Assembly: GCA_035285865.1 (NCBI GenBank)
Contig: JAYKHS010000029.1
Span: 1-22,524 of the forward strand
From: Candidatus Sericytochromatia bacterium
GTDB taxonomy: Bacteria > Cyanobacteriota > Sericytochromatia > S15B-MN24 > VGJW01
Direction: 5' to 3'
Length of the DNA: 22,524 nucleotides
The notes under the pieces are model-generated. The model made no database searches. It was not told the DNA's origin and was given only the letters and a program-made list of their open reading frames with translations. Both the position numbers and the translations under genes were made by a program. Of this stretch, positions 8,125-17,114 are shown one piece after another (position 1 is the first letter of the stretch; every line of letters begins with the position of its first letter).

Positions 8125-9211
8125 AGGCGAGGTCCTGGCTCACGATGGCTTCGAGGCCTGACACCAAGGCCTCCGTCGACCAGGCGCGCAGGGCGGCTAG
8201 CTCCTTTTCGGTCCCATAAGCTTGGACGCGGGGGTAGCCATTGGCGCGGAGGATGTGGGCAATCTGGTCGGGCGTCAGTCGCCGCCCCGCCAGTTCCTTA
8301 ATCAGGGCGTATTTGCGCCATTGGGTCGCAAGCGTGGCCAGAGCCTGCAAAGGATGCATCTGGCGGGCAATCTCGTCGTATGAGGTGATGGCTGCCCGGA
8401 TGTCCTTTCCCAGCACGGCCTCGATGACGGGGAAGGCCTGATCCTCTTCCGAGTAGCAGAGCTTGACGACATCCTCCTTGCCGATCGGCTGCCCATCGGC
8501 CCAGGCCGTCAGCTTGGCCAACTCCTGCACGAGCACGCCCTTGTCTTGCCCAACCCGCTCCACCAGCAAGTCGGCTACCCCCGATTGAAGCGCCACGCCC
8601 TGCCGGCCAGCGCGGCGGTTTATCCACGCGACGGTATCCCGAGCATCAAAGGGGTTGGGGCCCGGAAAGACGTGCTCGACCACGACGCCCCGCGCAACGG
8701 CTGCCTTCAGGGCCTTGCCCTGCTGGGTCGACTCATTCGGTTTGCCGGTGCACAGCAGGACGAGGTGTCCCGGCTCATCGCGCAGGTCCGTCAGCCAAGC
8801 GACCAGCACCGCCTTGTCGTCAGCCGTAAGGCCCTTGGTTTGGCCACCCTCGTCGGAGTCGGGCGCTGCCGGATCGGCTGCAGGACGCCCCCCCCCATCG
8901 GGACCGGTGGCCGGGCCCGTGCTTTCCCTTGGTTCGCCGGAAGCCGAGCCGGATGCGGAGCTCGTGAACCAGCCGCACCTCCGCACGATCACGACGCGCT
9001 CCCCGAAGAACGAAGGCGTCCGCACGGCGGATTGGACCTCGGCCACGCGCGTGGCCGGACCCTCGAGCGTGGTCAGGTTCATCGACCGCATCTCGGCAGG
9101 TACCCAGGTGGCGAGCTGTTCCTGCAGCCATTCCGAAGCATCGTGCTCGTCGATGGAGTAGCTGCCCTTCTTGTCCTTGCCGGACTTCTCTCCCCGGACG
9201 ATGTGAATCAC
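8036..9211 (-). CDS. holA: DNA polymerase III subunit delta
   Basis: TPSFFGERVVIV (clamp-binding region), LLVERVGQDKGVLVQELAKL and C-terminal DLAFKRG. GTG start overlaps the uppS TGA. Confidence 0.85.
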   Translation of the reverse strand: MIHIVRGEKSGKDKKGSYSIDEHDASEWLQEQLATWVPAEMRSMNLTTLEGPATRVAEVQSAVRTPSFFGERVVIVRRCGWFTSSASGSASGEPRESTGPATGPDGGGRPAADPAAPDSDEGGQTKGLTADDKAVLVAWLTDLRDEPGHLVLLCTGKPNESTQQGKALKAAVARGVVVEHVFPGPNPFDARDTVAWINRRAGRQGVALQSGVADLLVERVGQDKGVLVQELAKLTAWADGQPIGKEDVVKLCYSEEDQAFPVIEAVLGKDIRAAITSYDEIARQMHPLQALATLATQWRKYALIKELAGRRLTPDQIAHILRANGYPRVQAYGTEKELAALRAWSTEALVSGLEAIVSQDLAFKRGQADDRSGFHLLLARLVHLGRSPARA

Positions 9212-9939
9212 GTCCCCCCCCCGAATCGTCGGTCACGAGCCTGATAGTCGGCGAGGGCCCTGGCCAGTGCGGCCTCGTCGAAGTCCGGCCAGAGGACGGG
9301 CGTGATGTGGAGTTCGGCGTAAGCGATCTGCCAGAGCAGGAAGTTGGACAGCCTCGACTCGCCGCTCGTGCGGATCAACAGATCGGGATCCGGCTGGCCC
9401 GAGGTGTCCAGGGCATCGGAAATCAGCTGTTCGTCGATGGCCTCGGGTGCCAGAGTGCCTGCGGCCGTCGCCGCGGCCAGCGAGCGCACGGCTCTCAGGA
9501 CCTCGGCCCTGCTGCCGTAGTTGAGCGCGATGTTTAGCGTCAGACCGGAGTGGTCGGCAGTTCGAGCCTCGGCATTCTCGACCATGGTGCGGATGTCCTC
9601 GGGCAGCGCGGCGCGCTCTCCGGGAAACCGCATCCGCACGCCGGCTTCGTCCAGCTCCCGGATCTCGGAGCGCAAGGTTTCCCGAAACAAGCTCCACAGG
9701 AAGCCTACCTCCTCGCGGCTACGTGACCAGTTCTCGGTCGAGAAGGCATAGACCGTCAGGTAGGGGATGCCGAGGTTCCGGAAGGCTTGTACCACCCGCT
9801 TGAGCGTCCGGCGCCCGGCTTCGTGACCTGCAGTGGCAGGCAGCAGGCGCTTTTTCGCCCACCGCCGGTTGCCGTCCATGATGATGGCCACATGGCGCGG
9901 CAACCGTGCGCGGTCGAGGCCAGCGAAGCTTGCTGTCAT
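9208..9939 (-). CDS. uppS: Undecaprenyl diphosphate synthase (cis-prenyltransferase)
   Basis: PRHVAIIMDGNRRWA, YAFSTENW, ALNYGSR, DPDLLIRTSGESRLSNFLLWQ and RRFGG. ATG at 9939 forms a TGATG overlap; GTG at 9942 is an alternative start. Confidence 0.97.
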   Translation of the reverse strand: MTASFAGLDRARLPRHVAIIMDGNRRWAKKRLLPATAGHEAGRRTLKRVVQAFRNLGIPYLTVYAFSTENWSRSREEVGFLWSLFRETLRSEIRELDEAGVRMRFPGERAALPEDIRTMVENAEARTADHSGLTLNIALNYGSRAEVLRAVRSLAAATAAGTLAPEAIDEQLISDALDTSGQPDPDLLIRTSGESRLSNFLLWQIAYAELHITPVLWPDFDEAALARALADYQARDRRFGGGT

Positions 9940-10430
9940 CACAAGGAGCCCGTGGCCGCCACGCCTGCGGGGGGAGCATGGGGGAGCGTCGCGGGTCGTG
10001 TATGACCGGCCCCGGGCACGCGCGCTGGCGACAGGCCTGCACTCGGTTCGGGCCAGCAGGTGACCCGATCGGGCAGGACCTCGCTCGAGATGCCGTCCGG
10101 AACCTCGAGCTGGATGGGCAGGCGATCCCCGGCTCGGAATCGTGCGGGTACGGTCACGGAGGCTGTAGGCGGGCTGTCGGCAAGTGCTTCCAGGAGGTCG
10201 GCCGGACCCTCGAGACGAACGTCGACCCAGGCGGGCTCGACGCGAGCGGCCGGCCGAGCCAGACCCGTCGCCGACTGCAGCACGACCTGCACCGTCAGCC
10301 TCCGCTGGCCGGCTTCACCCTTGAATCGGTCCTGGCTCACGCCCACGAAGCCCCACATCGCGACAGCCATCAGGAAGGCCAGCAGCCGTAGGCCCCGAGT
10401 CCCATCCTCTTGTTTGCCAAGGCGAATCAT
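9939..10430 (-). CDS. cdaR: CdaR/YbbR-like membrane-anchored protein with a single YbbR-like domain
   Basis: N-terminal TM LRLLAFLMAVAMWGFV resembles CdaR anchors. VEPAWVDVRLEGP and PDGISSEVLPDRVT resemble YbbR-domain strands. Lies directly after cdaA. Confidence 0.72.
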   Translation of the reverse strand: MIRLGKQEDGTRGLRLLAFLMAVAMWGFVGVSQDRFKGEAGQRRLTVQVVLQSATGLARPAARVEPAWVDVRLEGPADLLEALADSPPTASVTVPARFRAGDRLPIQLEVPDGISSEVLPDRVTCWPEPSAGLSPARVPGAGHTRPATLPHAPPAGVAATGSL

Positions 10431-11281
10431 CGACGGCTCAAAAGGAGACGGCCGAGAGGACTCGGCACCGGGGGGCGTGACAAGAGCAGGGCGCCTGCCA
10501 GACGTGCACGCAATTCTTCCTCGGTCAGGAAACGATGCAGCTGGCCCTGCTCGGCGATCGACAGCGCACCCGTCTCCTCCGAGACGACGATAGCTAGGGC
10601 GTCCGTCGTCTCCGTGAGACCCAAGGCGGCTCGGTGACGGGTACCTATGGGGCGGCGCGCCGACCTGCGGATGGTCTCCGACAGCGGCAGCAGGGCCCCT
10701 GCTGCGATGATGCGGTCGCCACGCAGGATCACGGCGCCATCGTGCAATGGGCTACCCGGCAGGAAAAGGCTGGTCAGCAACTCCGCCGAGATTCTCGCAC
10801 CGATGCTGGTCCCCGTTTCCGCGAATTCCTTGAGGCCAGTCTGGCGCTCAAGGATGATCAAGGCCCCGATCTTGCGGCTGGTCAGAACGCGGGTGGTGGC
10901 CACCAACTCGGCGATGACATGCTGGACTTCCTCGTCGGGCCGGGCGGCGGCGAACCGTTCGGCCCTGAATATCTCGCCCTGCCCCAGCATGGCCAGCGCA
11001 CGGCGAAGTTCGGGCTGGAAAACGAGGGGAACGGCGACGATCAGCATGGTGGCCGTGCTCTGCACGAGCCACGTGATGGTGTGCAACTGCAGGGCGTTGG
11101 CCACGAGGTAGGCCGTCAGGAGCAGCAGCAGGCCGCGCAGCAACTGCACGGCACGCGTGCCTCGGATAAGCAGGAAAAGCCTGTAGAACACCAGCGACAC
11201 GATGGTGATGTCCAGCAGGTCTTGCCACCGCAGGACGCCCATCAGACGCCAGAGCGCATCAAGCACGTTCGCGGTGGTCAC
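10427..11281 (-). CDS. cdaA: Membrane-bound diadenylate cyclase CdaA/DacA
   Basis: Three N-terminal hydrophobic segments, FQPELRRAL, and catalytic LHDGAVI and GTRHRAALG motifs. GTG at 11281 overlaps the lysA TGA; 11293 is an alternative start. Confidence 0.96.
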   Translation of the reverse strand: MTTANVLDALWRLMGVLRWQDLLDITIVSLVFYRLFLLIRGTRAVQLLRGLLLLLTAYLVANALQLHTITWLVQSTATMLIVAVPLVFQPELRRALAMLGQGEIFRAERFAAARPDEEVQHVIAELVATTRVLTSRKIGALIILERQTGLKEFAETGTSIGARISAELLTSLFLPGSPLHDGAVILRGDRIIAAGALLPLSETIRRSARRPIGTRHRAALGLTETTDALAIVVSEETGALSIAEQGQLHRFLTEEELRARLAGALLLSRPPVPSPLGRLLLSRR

Positions 11282-12621
11282 GGTCCGGACCACTCCGGAT
11301 GGGCGGCTTCGGTCGCCATAAGGTCGGCCGACACCTCTCGGCGGCTGGCGATGGCTCGGCGACCTCCCGCGACAAGTACAAGAGGCGGTCGCGGCAGACG
11401 GTTGTATCGCGAGGCCATCGCATAGTGGTAGGCGCCGCCAACCCAGCCGACGATGCGATCGCCGGGGCGAGGCCCAGCGAGCATGCCGGAACCGAGCTCG
11501 TCTCCTTCTTCGCAGGTCCGACCGACGAGGCGCCAGGGCCTTGCTGCGGAAGAGTCAGCCCCGGAAACCGGCTCGTTGACATACCGGGCTTCGTAGAGCG
11601 CAACGCGCGGATTGTCGGCGAGTCCGCCGTCGAGGATGACGCAATCATTCGCCTCCTTGACGGAGAGCACCGTGTAGATCGTGCAGCCTGCCGTGCCCAC
11701 CAGCCATCTGCCCGGCTCCACCACCAACGCGGGCCACGTCGCCGGCGGATCCGGCCAACCGCGGGCAAAGCCCTCGGCAAGTGCCGCAATCCAGGCCTCG
11801 GGGGTGGGTGCCGGATCATCGGGGCCATAGGGCACGGCCAAGCCCCCGCCCAGGTCCACGCAGGCCGGGGTCCAGCCGAGACGCAGTCTCAGGTCTGCGG
11901 CGATTCTTCCCGCCACGGCCCCGGTAGCCGCGAAGGTTTCCGTATCGTGGATCTGGGAGCCCGTGTGCAGCTGCAGGCCGACGAGGCAAAGGTGCGGCGC
12001 AGCCAGCACGGACTGGATGGCTGCATCCAGTTCCGGACCCTCTGGCAGGCCGAACTTGCTGTCGCGCACGCCCGTCGCCAGGGCCGGGTGGGTGTCCGCC
12101 TTGATCCCGGGGAGCACGCGCACCAGCACGTCGACATCGACACCTGCGGCTGCCGCTGCGGCAGCCACGCGTGGCACCTCATCACGTGCATCCACATGGA
12201 CCCGACGCACGCCCAGCGCCAGCGCCCGGGTGTAGTCTTCATCCGTGCGTCCGTGTCCCTGCAGGACAATGGCCTCTCCGGGCACGCCCGCCGCTATGGC
12301 TGCCTCGATTTCGCCGACGGATACAGTCTCGATGCCCGCTCCGCCATCCAACATGGCCCGGGCGATCGCGGGATGACCATGGGCCTTGCTGGCAAACAGG
12401 ACCTTGCTGTCCACGGGCCAATGTCTGGCACACGCCTCGATCAGGCGTCGCAGGCGCAGACGGACCTCGCCGATGTCCAGCACCCAGACGGGAGTGCCGA
12501 CCTCGGCAGCCACCTCTGCGAGGCGCACGCCGCCCACTTCCCAGCCGTCCGGACCGAGCCGGGCCGAGGCGGGCCGGAATGCGCGTGGCGCGAGGCTGTA
12601 GGTCGGGGCGTCGGCGGGCAT
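11278..12621 (-). CDS. lysA: Diaminopimelate decarboxylase
   Basis: GTPVWV, FASKA (PLP Lys), DSKFG, HTGSQ, DLGGG, EPGR, GRTCEEGD and GAYHYAMASRYNR. ATG at 12621 preferred because the ORF-track start at 12636 falls in the TATAAT box. Confidence 0.92.
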   Translation of the reverse strand: MPADAPTYSLAPRAFRPASARLGPDGWEVGGVRLAEVAAEVGTPVWVLDIGEVRLRLRRLIEACARHWPVDSKVLFASKAHGHPAIARAMLDGGAGIETVSVGEIEAAIAAGVPGEAIVLQGHGRTDEDYTRALALGVRRVHVDARDEVPRVAAAAAAAGVDVDVLVRVLPGIKADTHPALATGVRDSKFGLPEGPELDAAIQSVLAAPHLCLVGLQLHTGSQIHDTETFAATGAVAGRIAADLRLRLGWTPACVDLGGGLAVPYGPDDPAPTPEAWIAALAEGFARGWPDPPATWPALVVEPGRWLVGTAGCTIYTVLSVKEANDCVILDGGLADNPRVALYEARYVNEPVSGADSSAARPWRLVGRTCEEGDELGSGMLAGPRPGDRIVGWVGGAYHYAMASRYNRLPRPPLVLVAGGRRAIASRREVSADLMATEAAHPEWSGP

Positions 12622-12682
12622 GGAAGTCCTGCCCATTATAGCTGCTCAGGCTGCTTGCGAACCCCCGTGCTACCATGAAGTC
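12622..12682. promoter_or_regulatory. 61-bp divergent promoter region, lysA operon / nif3-der operon
   Basis: Minus strand: perfect TATAAT at 12640-12635, 13 nt before the lysA ATG. Plus strand: extended -10 TGcTACCAT (12668-12676), 6 nt before the nif3 ATG. Confidence 0.65.
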
Positions 12683-13474
12683 ATGGAGCGCTCGGAGCTT
12701 GTCCGCTGGCTCGAGGTGCTGGCTCCGCCGACCCGGGCCGCTTCGTGGGATCGCGTCGGTCTCCAGGTCGGCCGGCCCGACGGTGACGTGACGGGCGTCT
12801 GCGTCAGCGTGAATCCATCGCTTGCGGCGGTCCGTGCTGCCATCGCCCTCGGGGCCAACGTTCTCGTGACCCATCACCCGCTCATCTTCAAGCCGATGGG
12901 CGAGGTTCGCACCGATCGTGAGCAGGGTCGGATTTTGGCCGAAGCGCTTGCCCATGACCTGACGTTGTATGCGGCGCACACCAATCTCGACGTGACGGCT
13001 TGCAACCGTCGGCTCTCGGACCTCATGGGCTGGGGGCTCGACCAGATCCTCGTGCCGGAGGGAATCGACGAGGAGGGCCGTCCGTGGGGCCTTGGGCTTT
13101 GGGGTCGGCTCGATGTCCCCCGCAAGCTTGAGGAACTCTGTCGTGAAGTCGGCAGGACGCTGCAGGCTCGATCGTTGCGCCTGGTGCGTGGACACGACCG
13201 TCCCGTCTCCACTGTCGGCGTGTGCTCGGGATCCGGCGGCGACTTCTGGCACCGTGCCGCAGCGTTGGGCCTTGACCTGTACGTCACGGGCGAGATGCGC
13301 TACCACGATGCACTGGATGCCGTCGCCGCGGGCGTCTGCGTGCTCGAGGTCGGTCATCAGGCCTCCGAGGAGCCTGTGGTTGATGTCGTCGTCGGTTTCC
13401 TTCGGGAACGGCTGCCCCGAACCGTACCGGTCGAAGGCTTCCGCGAGCGCGAACCATTCGAGGTGCTGTCGTGA
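12683..13474 (+). CDS. Nif3-like (DUF34/YbgI) dinuclear metal-centre protein
   Basis: WDRVGLQVG, VTHHPL, YAAHTNLD, CSGSG, VTGEMRYHDA and GHQASE metal-ligand motifs. Short form without a central PII-like insert. Confidence 0.93.
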   Translation: MERSELVRWLEVLAPPTRAASWDRVGLQVGRPDGDVTGVCVSVNPSLAAVRAAIALGANVLVTHHPLIFKPMGEVRTDREQGRILAEALAHDLTLYAAHTNLDVTACNRRLSDLMGWGLDQILVPEGIDEEGRPWGLGLWGRLDVPRKLEELCREVGRTLQARSLRLVRGHDRPVSTVGVCSGSGGDFWHRAAALGLDLYVTGEMRYHDALDAVAAGVCVLEVGHQASEEPVVDVVVGFLRERLPRTVPVEGFREREPFEVLS

Positions 13475-14796
13475 ATTTGCCCATCGTCGCCATCGTCGGT
13501 CGTCCCAATGTGGGCAAGTCGACGCTGCTCAATCGCTTCGTCGGGGCGCGCGAGGCCATCGTCCACGGTGAGGAGGGTGTCACGCGCGACCGTCTCTATG
13601 CCCGTGTCGAGTGGACCGGTCGGCAGTTCCTGGCTGTCGACACCGGTGGCATCGTGCCGGGTACGGACGACGAGATGCTGGCGCAGGTGGCCGATCAGGC
13701 GCGACTCGCCATTGCCGAATCCGATCTGGTGCTTTTCGTGGTGGATGGCAAGGCGGGCAGACTCCCGGCCGACGACGAGATTGCCCACTTGCTGCGCAAG
13801 TCGCGAAAGCCCGTGTTCGTGGTCGTCAACAAGTGCGACAGGTACGAGGACTTCGAGCAGGTGCTGGACTTCCACGCCCTCGGACTCGGACAGCCTTGGC
13901 CCGTCTCTGGTGTCCATGGCACGGGGACCGGGGACATGCTCGACGCGATGCTGGGTTCCCTGCCTGTCGTCGACGCCCATGAGTCGGACGATTCGATCCG
14001 GATTGCCGTTGTCGGCAGACCCAATGCCGGGAAGAGCTCGCTGGTCAACCGCCTGATCGGGGAGGATCGCATGATCGTCTCCCCCGTGTCCGGGACGACC
14101 CGCGATGCCATCGATACCGCCATCGTCCACGGTTCGCGCAAGTTCTGGCTTGTGGATACGGCGGGCATCCGCCGCAAGTCCAAGGTCGATTATGGCGTCG
14201 AGCAGTTTTCCGTGGTCCGGGCGCTCAAGGCCCTGGAACGGGCCGACGTGGTGGTGCTGGTCATGGACGGGACGGTCGGCGTGACGGATCAGGACAAGCG
14301 TCTCGCCGACATGGCGGTCGAGGGGGGTAAGGGCCTGGTGCTCGTGGTCAACAAATGGGACCTCGTACCCAAGGACCAGTACACGATGGAGCCCTTTCGG
14401 AAGTCGGTCCTCGAGGCCATGCCGCATGCCGATTTCGCCCCTGTCCTGTTCATTTCGGCGCTCACGGGACAGCGGGCTCTGCAGGTCTTGGATACCGCCA
14501 TTCAGGTGGCGGACGAGAATGGGCGTCGCATCACCACGGGCGTCCTGAACGAGGTGATGTCGGAGGCCACGGCGATGCAGCCCGCGCCCTCGCGGCACGG
14601 CCGTAGGCTGAAGATCTACTACGCCCAGCAGGGCCCTTCGCACCCGCCTACCTTCATTCTCTTCTGCAACGAACCCGAGCTTTCGGTCCCCTCTTACACG
14701 CGCTACCTCGAGCACCGGATGCGGGATGCTTTCGGTTTCGTGGGCGTGCCTATCCGGTTCATCTACCGCCCGCGGCGGGAGCGACGCGAGCGTTGA
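13471..14796 (+). CDS. der: Ribosome biogenesis GTPase Der (EngA)
   Basis: Two tandem G domains (GRPNVGKS/DTGG/NKCD and GRPNAGKS/DTAG/NKWD) plus a C-terminal KH-like domain (KIYYAQQ...PPTF). Confidence 0.98.
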   Translation: MNLPIVAIVGRPNVGKSTLLNRFVGAREAIVHGEEGVTRDRLYARVEWTGRQFLAVDTGGIVPGTDDEMLAQVADQARLAIAESDLVLFVVDGKAGRLPADDEIAHLLRKSRKPVFVVVNKCDRYEDFEQVLDFHALGLGQPWPVSGVHGTGTGDMLDAMLGSLPVVDAHESDDSIRIAVVGRPNAGKSSLVNRLIGEDRMIVSPVSGTTRDAIDTAIVHGSRKFWLVDTAGIRRKSKVDYGVEQFSVVRALKALERADVVVLVMDGTVGVTDQDKRLADMAVEGGKGLVLVVNKWDLVPKDQYTMEPFRKSVLEAMPHADFAPVLFISALTGQRALQVLDTAIQVADENGRRITTGVLNEVMSEATAMQPAPSRHGRRLKIYYAQQGPSHPPTFILFCNEPELSVPSYTRYLEHRMRDAFGFVGVPIRFIYRPRRERRER

Positions 14797-15419
14797 GGCT
14801 GGAAGCGTGGTGGGCCATACTGCCGCTGGCCTGGCTGGTCGGGACCATCCCCTTCTCCTACTTGTTGCCGCGGTGGGCCACGGGGCAGGATGTTCGCGCC
14901 GTGGGCAGCGGGAACGTCGGGGCCACCAATGCCTCTCGCGCTGCGGGGCGTGTGATTGGCGCGCTCTGTTTTCTGCTTGACGGGGCCAAGGGTGCCCTTG
15001 CCGTGGTCCTGACGATTGACGCAGGGGCATCCTCGGCCGGGGCTGCTGCGGCCGGCCTGTTGGCCATTCTGGGGCATGGGCTCTCGCCCTGGCTGCGTGG
15101 GGCGGGCGGCAAGGGTGTCTCTACGGCTGCAGGTGCGCTGCTTGCGTTGACGCCGGCATGGGCGGCGATTGTCGTGATGACGTGGGGCGTTGTCTTGGCC
15201 CTGACGCGCACGGTATCGGCTGCGAGCATCGCGGCGGCAGTCGCCTTGCCGCTCGTACTCGCGATCGGGGCCTCCGGCCTGTTTCCGAGGCAACCGGTGT
15301 CGGGGCCCGTGGTGGCGTTCGGAGGCTTTGCCGGTGTGTGGATCGTGTTCCGCCATCGCGAGAATCTGGCCCGATTGCGTGCCGGCACGGAGCCGAGAAT
15401 CGGAGCGCTGCGAACGTGA
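14793..15419 (+). CDS. plsY: Glycerol-3-phosphate acyltransferase PlsY
   Basis: GTIPFS, GSGNVGATNASR, DGAKG, LGH, GGKGVST and HRENLARL. TTG start overlaps the der stop. Confidence 0.95.
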   Translation: MRLEAWWAILPLAWLVGTIPFSYLLPRWATGQDVRAVGSGNVGATNASRAAGRVIGALCFLLDGAKGALAVVLTIDAGASSAGAAAAGLLAILGHGLSPWLRGAGGKGVSTAAGALLALTPAWAAIVVMTWGVVLALTRTVSAASIAAAVALPLVLAIGASGLFPRQPVSGPVVAFGGFAGVWIVFRHRENLARLRAGTEPRIGALRT

Positions 15420-16240
15420 GTGGTCGTCCTCCAGTGCCCGGCTTTCGCGCCAAGCGTAGCCTCGGGCAGAACTTCCTCCAGGACGCCTCGGTTCTGGACC
15501 GCATCCTCGAGGCAGCTGCGCCCGAGCCCGGGGATACGGTCCTTGAGGTCGGACCCGGCAAGGGTGCCCTGACCGAGCGCCTGCTTGCGTCCGGCGCGCG
15601 TGTCGTCGCCGTGGAACTCGACGAGCGCCTGCGTACGGGCTTGCGCATCCTCGAGGCCAATCACCCGAACCTGGAGGTGGTCTGGGGGGACGTCATGGAG
15701 CGGTCCTGGGATTCCCTGGGTCTCCGGCCGGGAGCCATGCTCGTGGCCAACATTCCCTACTACCTGACCTCACCGCTGATCTTGCGCGCGCTCGGGGCCG
15801 ATGATGCCGGCGATTCGGCCACGCCTTTCCGGAGGCTGGTCCTGATGGTTCAGGAGGAAGTGGCCGACAGATTGCTGGCCGAGCCCGGAACCCGCCAGTG
15901 GGGAGCGCTGACCGTGGCGGTGCGCCAGCGGTCGGATGTCCGGCTGGTTTGCAAGGTGCCGCGCAGCGCCTTCCGCCCCGTGCCGGGCGTCGACTCGGCC
16001 GTCGTGTGCCTCGACGTGCGTGCGCAGTGGGCCGTGCCGCCAGCAAGTCCCGTCCGCTTCCGGCGCGTCGTCCGGGCCATCTTCGCCCAGCGGCGCAAGA
16101 CGTTGCGCAATGCGCTCCGGGCAGCCGGCTGGTCGGCCGAGACCCTGTCGGTGGCCTGCTCCGACCTCGATCCCTTGCTGCGGGGAGAGACCCTCGATCT
16201 TCCCGCCCTGGTTCGCCTTGCCGATGCCTTGCCGGACTGA
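15416..16240 (+). CDS. rsmA: 16S rRNA adenine dimethyltransferase RsmA/KsgA
   Basis: KRSLGQNFL, EVGPGKGALT, VELD, ANIPY, LMVQEEVA and FAQRRKTLRN. GTG at 15416 overlaps the plsY TGA. Confidence 0.96.
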   Translation: MSGRPPVPGFRAKRSLGQNFLQDASVLDRILEAAAPEPGDTVLEVGPGKGALTERLLASGARVVAVELDERLRTGLRILEANHPNLEVVWGDVMERSWDSLGLRPGAMLVANIPYYLTSPLILRALGADDAGDSATPFRRLVLMVQEEVADRLLAEPGTRQWGALTVAVRQRSDVRLVCKVPRSAFRPVPGVDSAVVCLDVRAQWAVPPASPVRFRRVVRAIFAQRRKTLRNALRAAGWSAETLSVACSDLDPLLRGETLDLPALVRLADALPD

Positions 16241-17114
16241 GATCGAGGGGAGTTGGCAGGTCAGGGCCAAGCTCAACCTCGGTCTGTCTGTCGGGCCTCC
16301 GGACGGGACGGGCTACCATCCCGTGACCTCACTGCTCGTGGCGATTGATGTGGCTGACGTGTTGCACGTGGCACGTCGTCCGGGCCCCACGACCTGGCGG
16401 GTTTCCTGGGCCGGGGGCGCACCTTCCTCCGACCTCGGGCCTGTCGCGGCCAACCTGGCCCATCGTGCCTGGGAGCTCGCCGGAGCGCCCGAGGGGTATG
16501 CCTTCCACCTGATCAAGCACTTGCCGGCCGGTGGCGGGTTGGGTGCCGGCTCTGCCGATGCAGCCGCGATCCTGCGCTTGCTCGCGTCGGACCTCGATTG
16601 GCCGGTGGATCATGCGCCGGCGCTGGCGCGTCACCTGGGTGCCGATGTCGCGTTCTTTCTGAGTGACGGGCCGGCTTGGGCGACCGGCCGCGGCGAAGTG
16701 CTCGAAGCGCTTTCGCCCGGCCCTGAACTTCATGGTGTGCTTGCGTGTGGCACGGCACGTGTCGCCACGGCAGCAGCCTACCGTTGGCTGGACGCGGTGC
16801 ACGGGCGCGAGCCGGCTGACCTCGGCGCGCTGCGGGCGGCCTGGCAGGACGGGGATGCGGAAGGCGTGCTGGCGTCCTTGGCTAACGACTTCACGGCGAC
16901 CGTCCTCGCGCGGATGCCCGAGCTTGCGGCGACGCCCGAGGCCTTGCGCGCCGCGGGAGCCCGACGGCCCTTGCTGGCAGGCAGCGGGGCGAGCTGGGCC
17001 GGCTGGGTCAGGGATCCCGAAGAAGCGCAGTGGGTCGCAGGGCGGATGGCGGAATTTCCGGGTTGGGTTCGGCCGTTCCGGACTGTCCCTGACCCGCTTC
17101 AGCGAATGACCTGA
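16224..17114 (+). CDS. ispE: 4-diphosphocytidyl-2-C-methyl-D-erythritol kinase
   Basis: AKLNLGL, GYH, KHLPAGGGLGAGSADAAA, LGADVAFF, NDF and GSGAS (GHMP kinase motifs). Start inferred at ATG 16224. Confidence 0.93.
   Translation: MPCRTEIEGSWQVRAKLNLGLSVGPPDGTGYHPVTSLLVAIDVADVLHVARRPGPTTWRVSWAGGAPSSDLGPVAANLAHRAWELAGAPEGYAFHLIKHLPAGGGLGAGSADAAAILRLLASDLDWPVDHAPALARHLGADVAFFLSDGPAWATGRGEVLEALSPGPELHGVLACGTARVATAAAYRWLDAVHGREPADLGALRAAWQDGDAEGVLASLANDFTATVLARMPELAATPEALRAAGARRPLLAGSGASWAGWVRDPEEAQWVAGRMAEFPGWVRPFRTVPDPLQRMT

Noticed and set aside
8888..9222. Two C9 homopolymers (8888-8896 and 9214-9222) as phase-variation tracts
   Set aside because: Both encode Gly runs in intact, likely essential genes (holA, uppS RRFGG end). 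Such runs are expected at this GC content.
10427..11281. Cyclic dinucleotide cyclase as an anti-phage (CBASS-like) system
   Set aside because: It is a standard three-TM CdaA in a cell-wall housekeeping operon, with no effector genes nearby.
13357..15030. 557-aa antisense ORF, and similar long shadow ORFs at 11299-12678, 17711-18991 and 20982-22289
   Set aside because: They lie opposite well-supported genes (der, lysA, secD, pheS) and have no recognisable domains.
15158..16223. Extended N-termini in the ORF track for rsmA (15158) and ispE (15936), also nif3 (12620) and secF (18874)
   Set aside because: The extensions overlap upstream genes or promoters. Family motifs and stop/start overlaps support the later starts.
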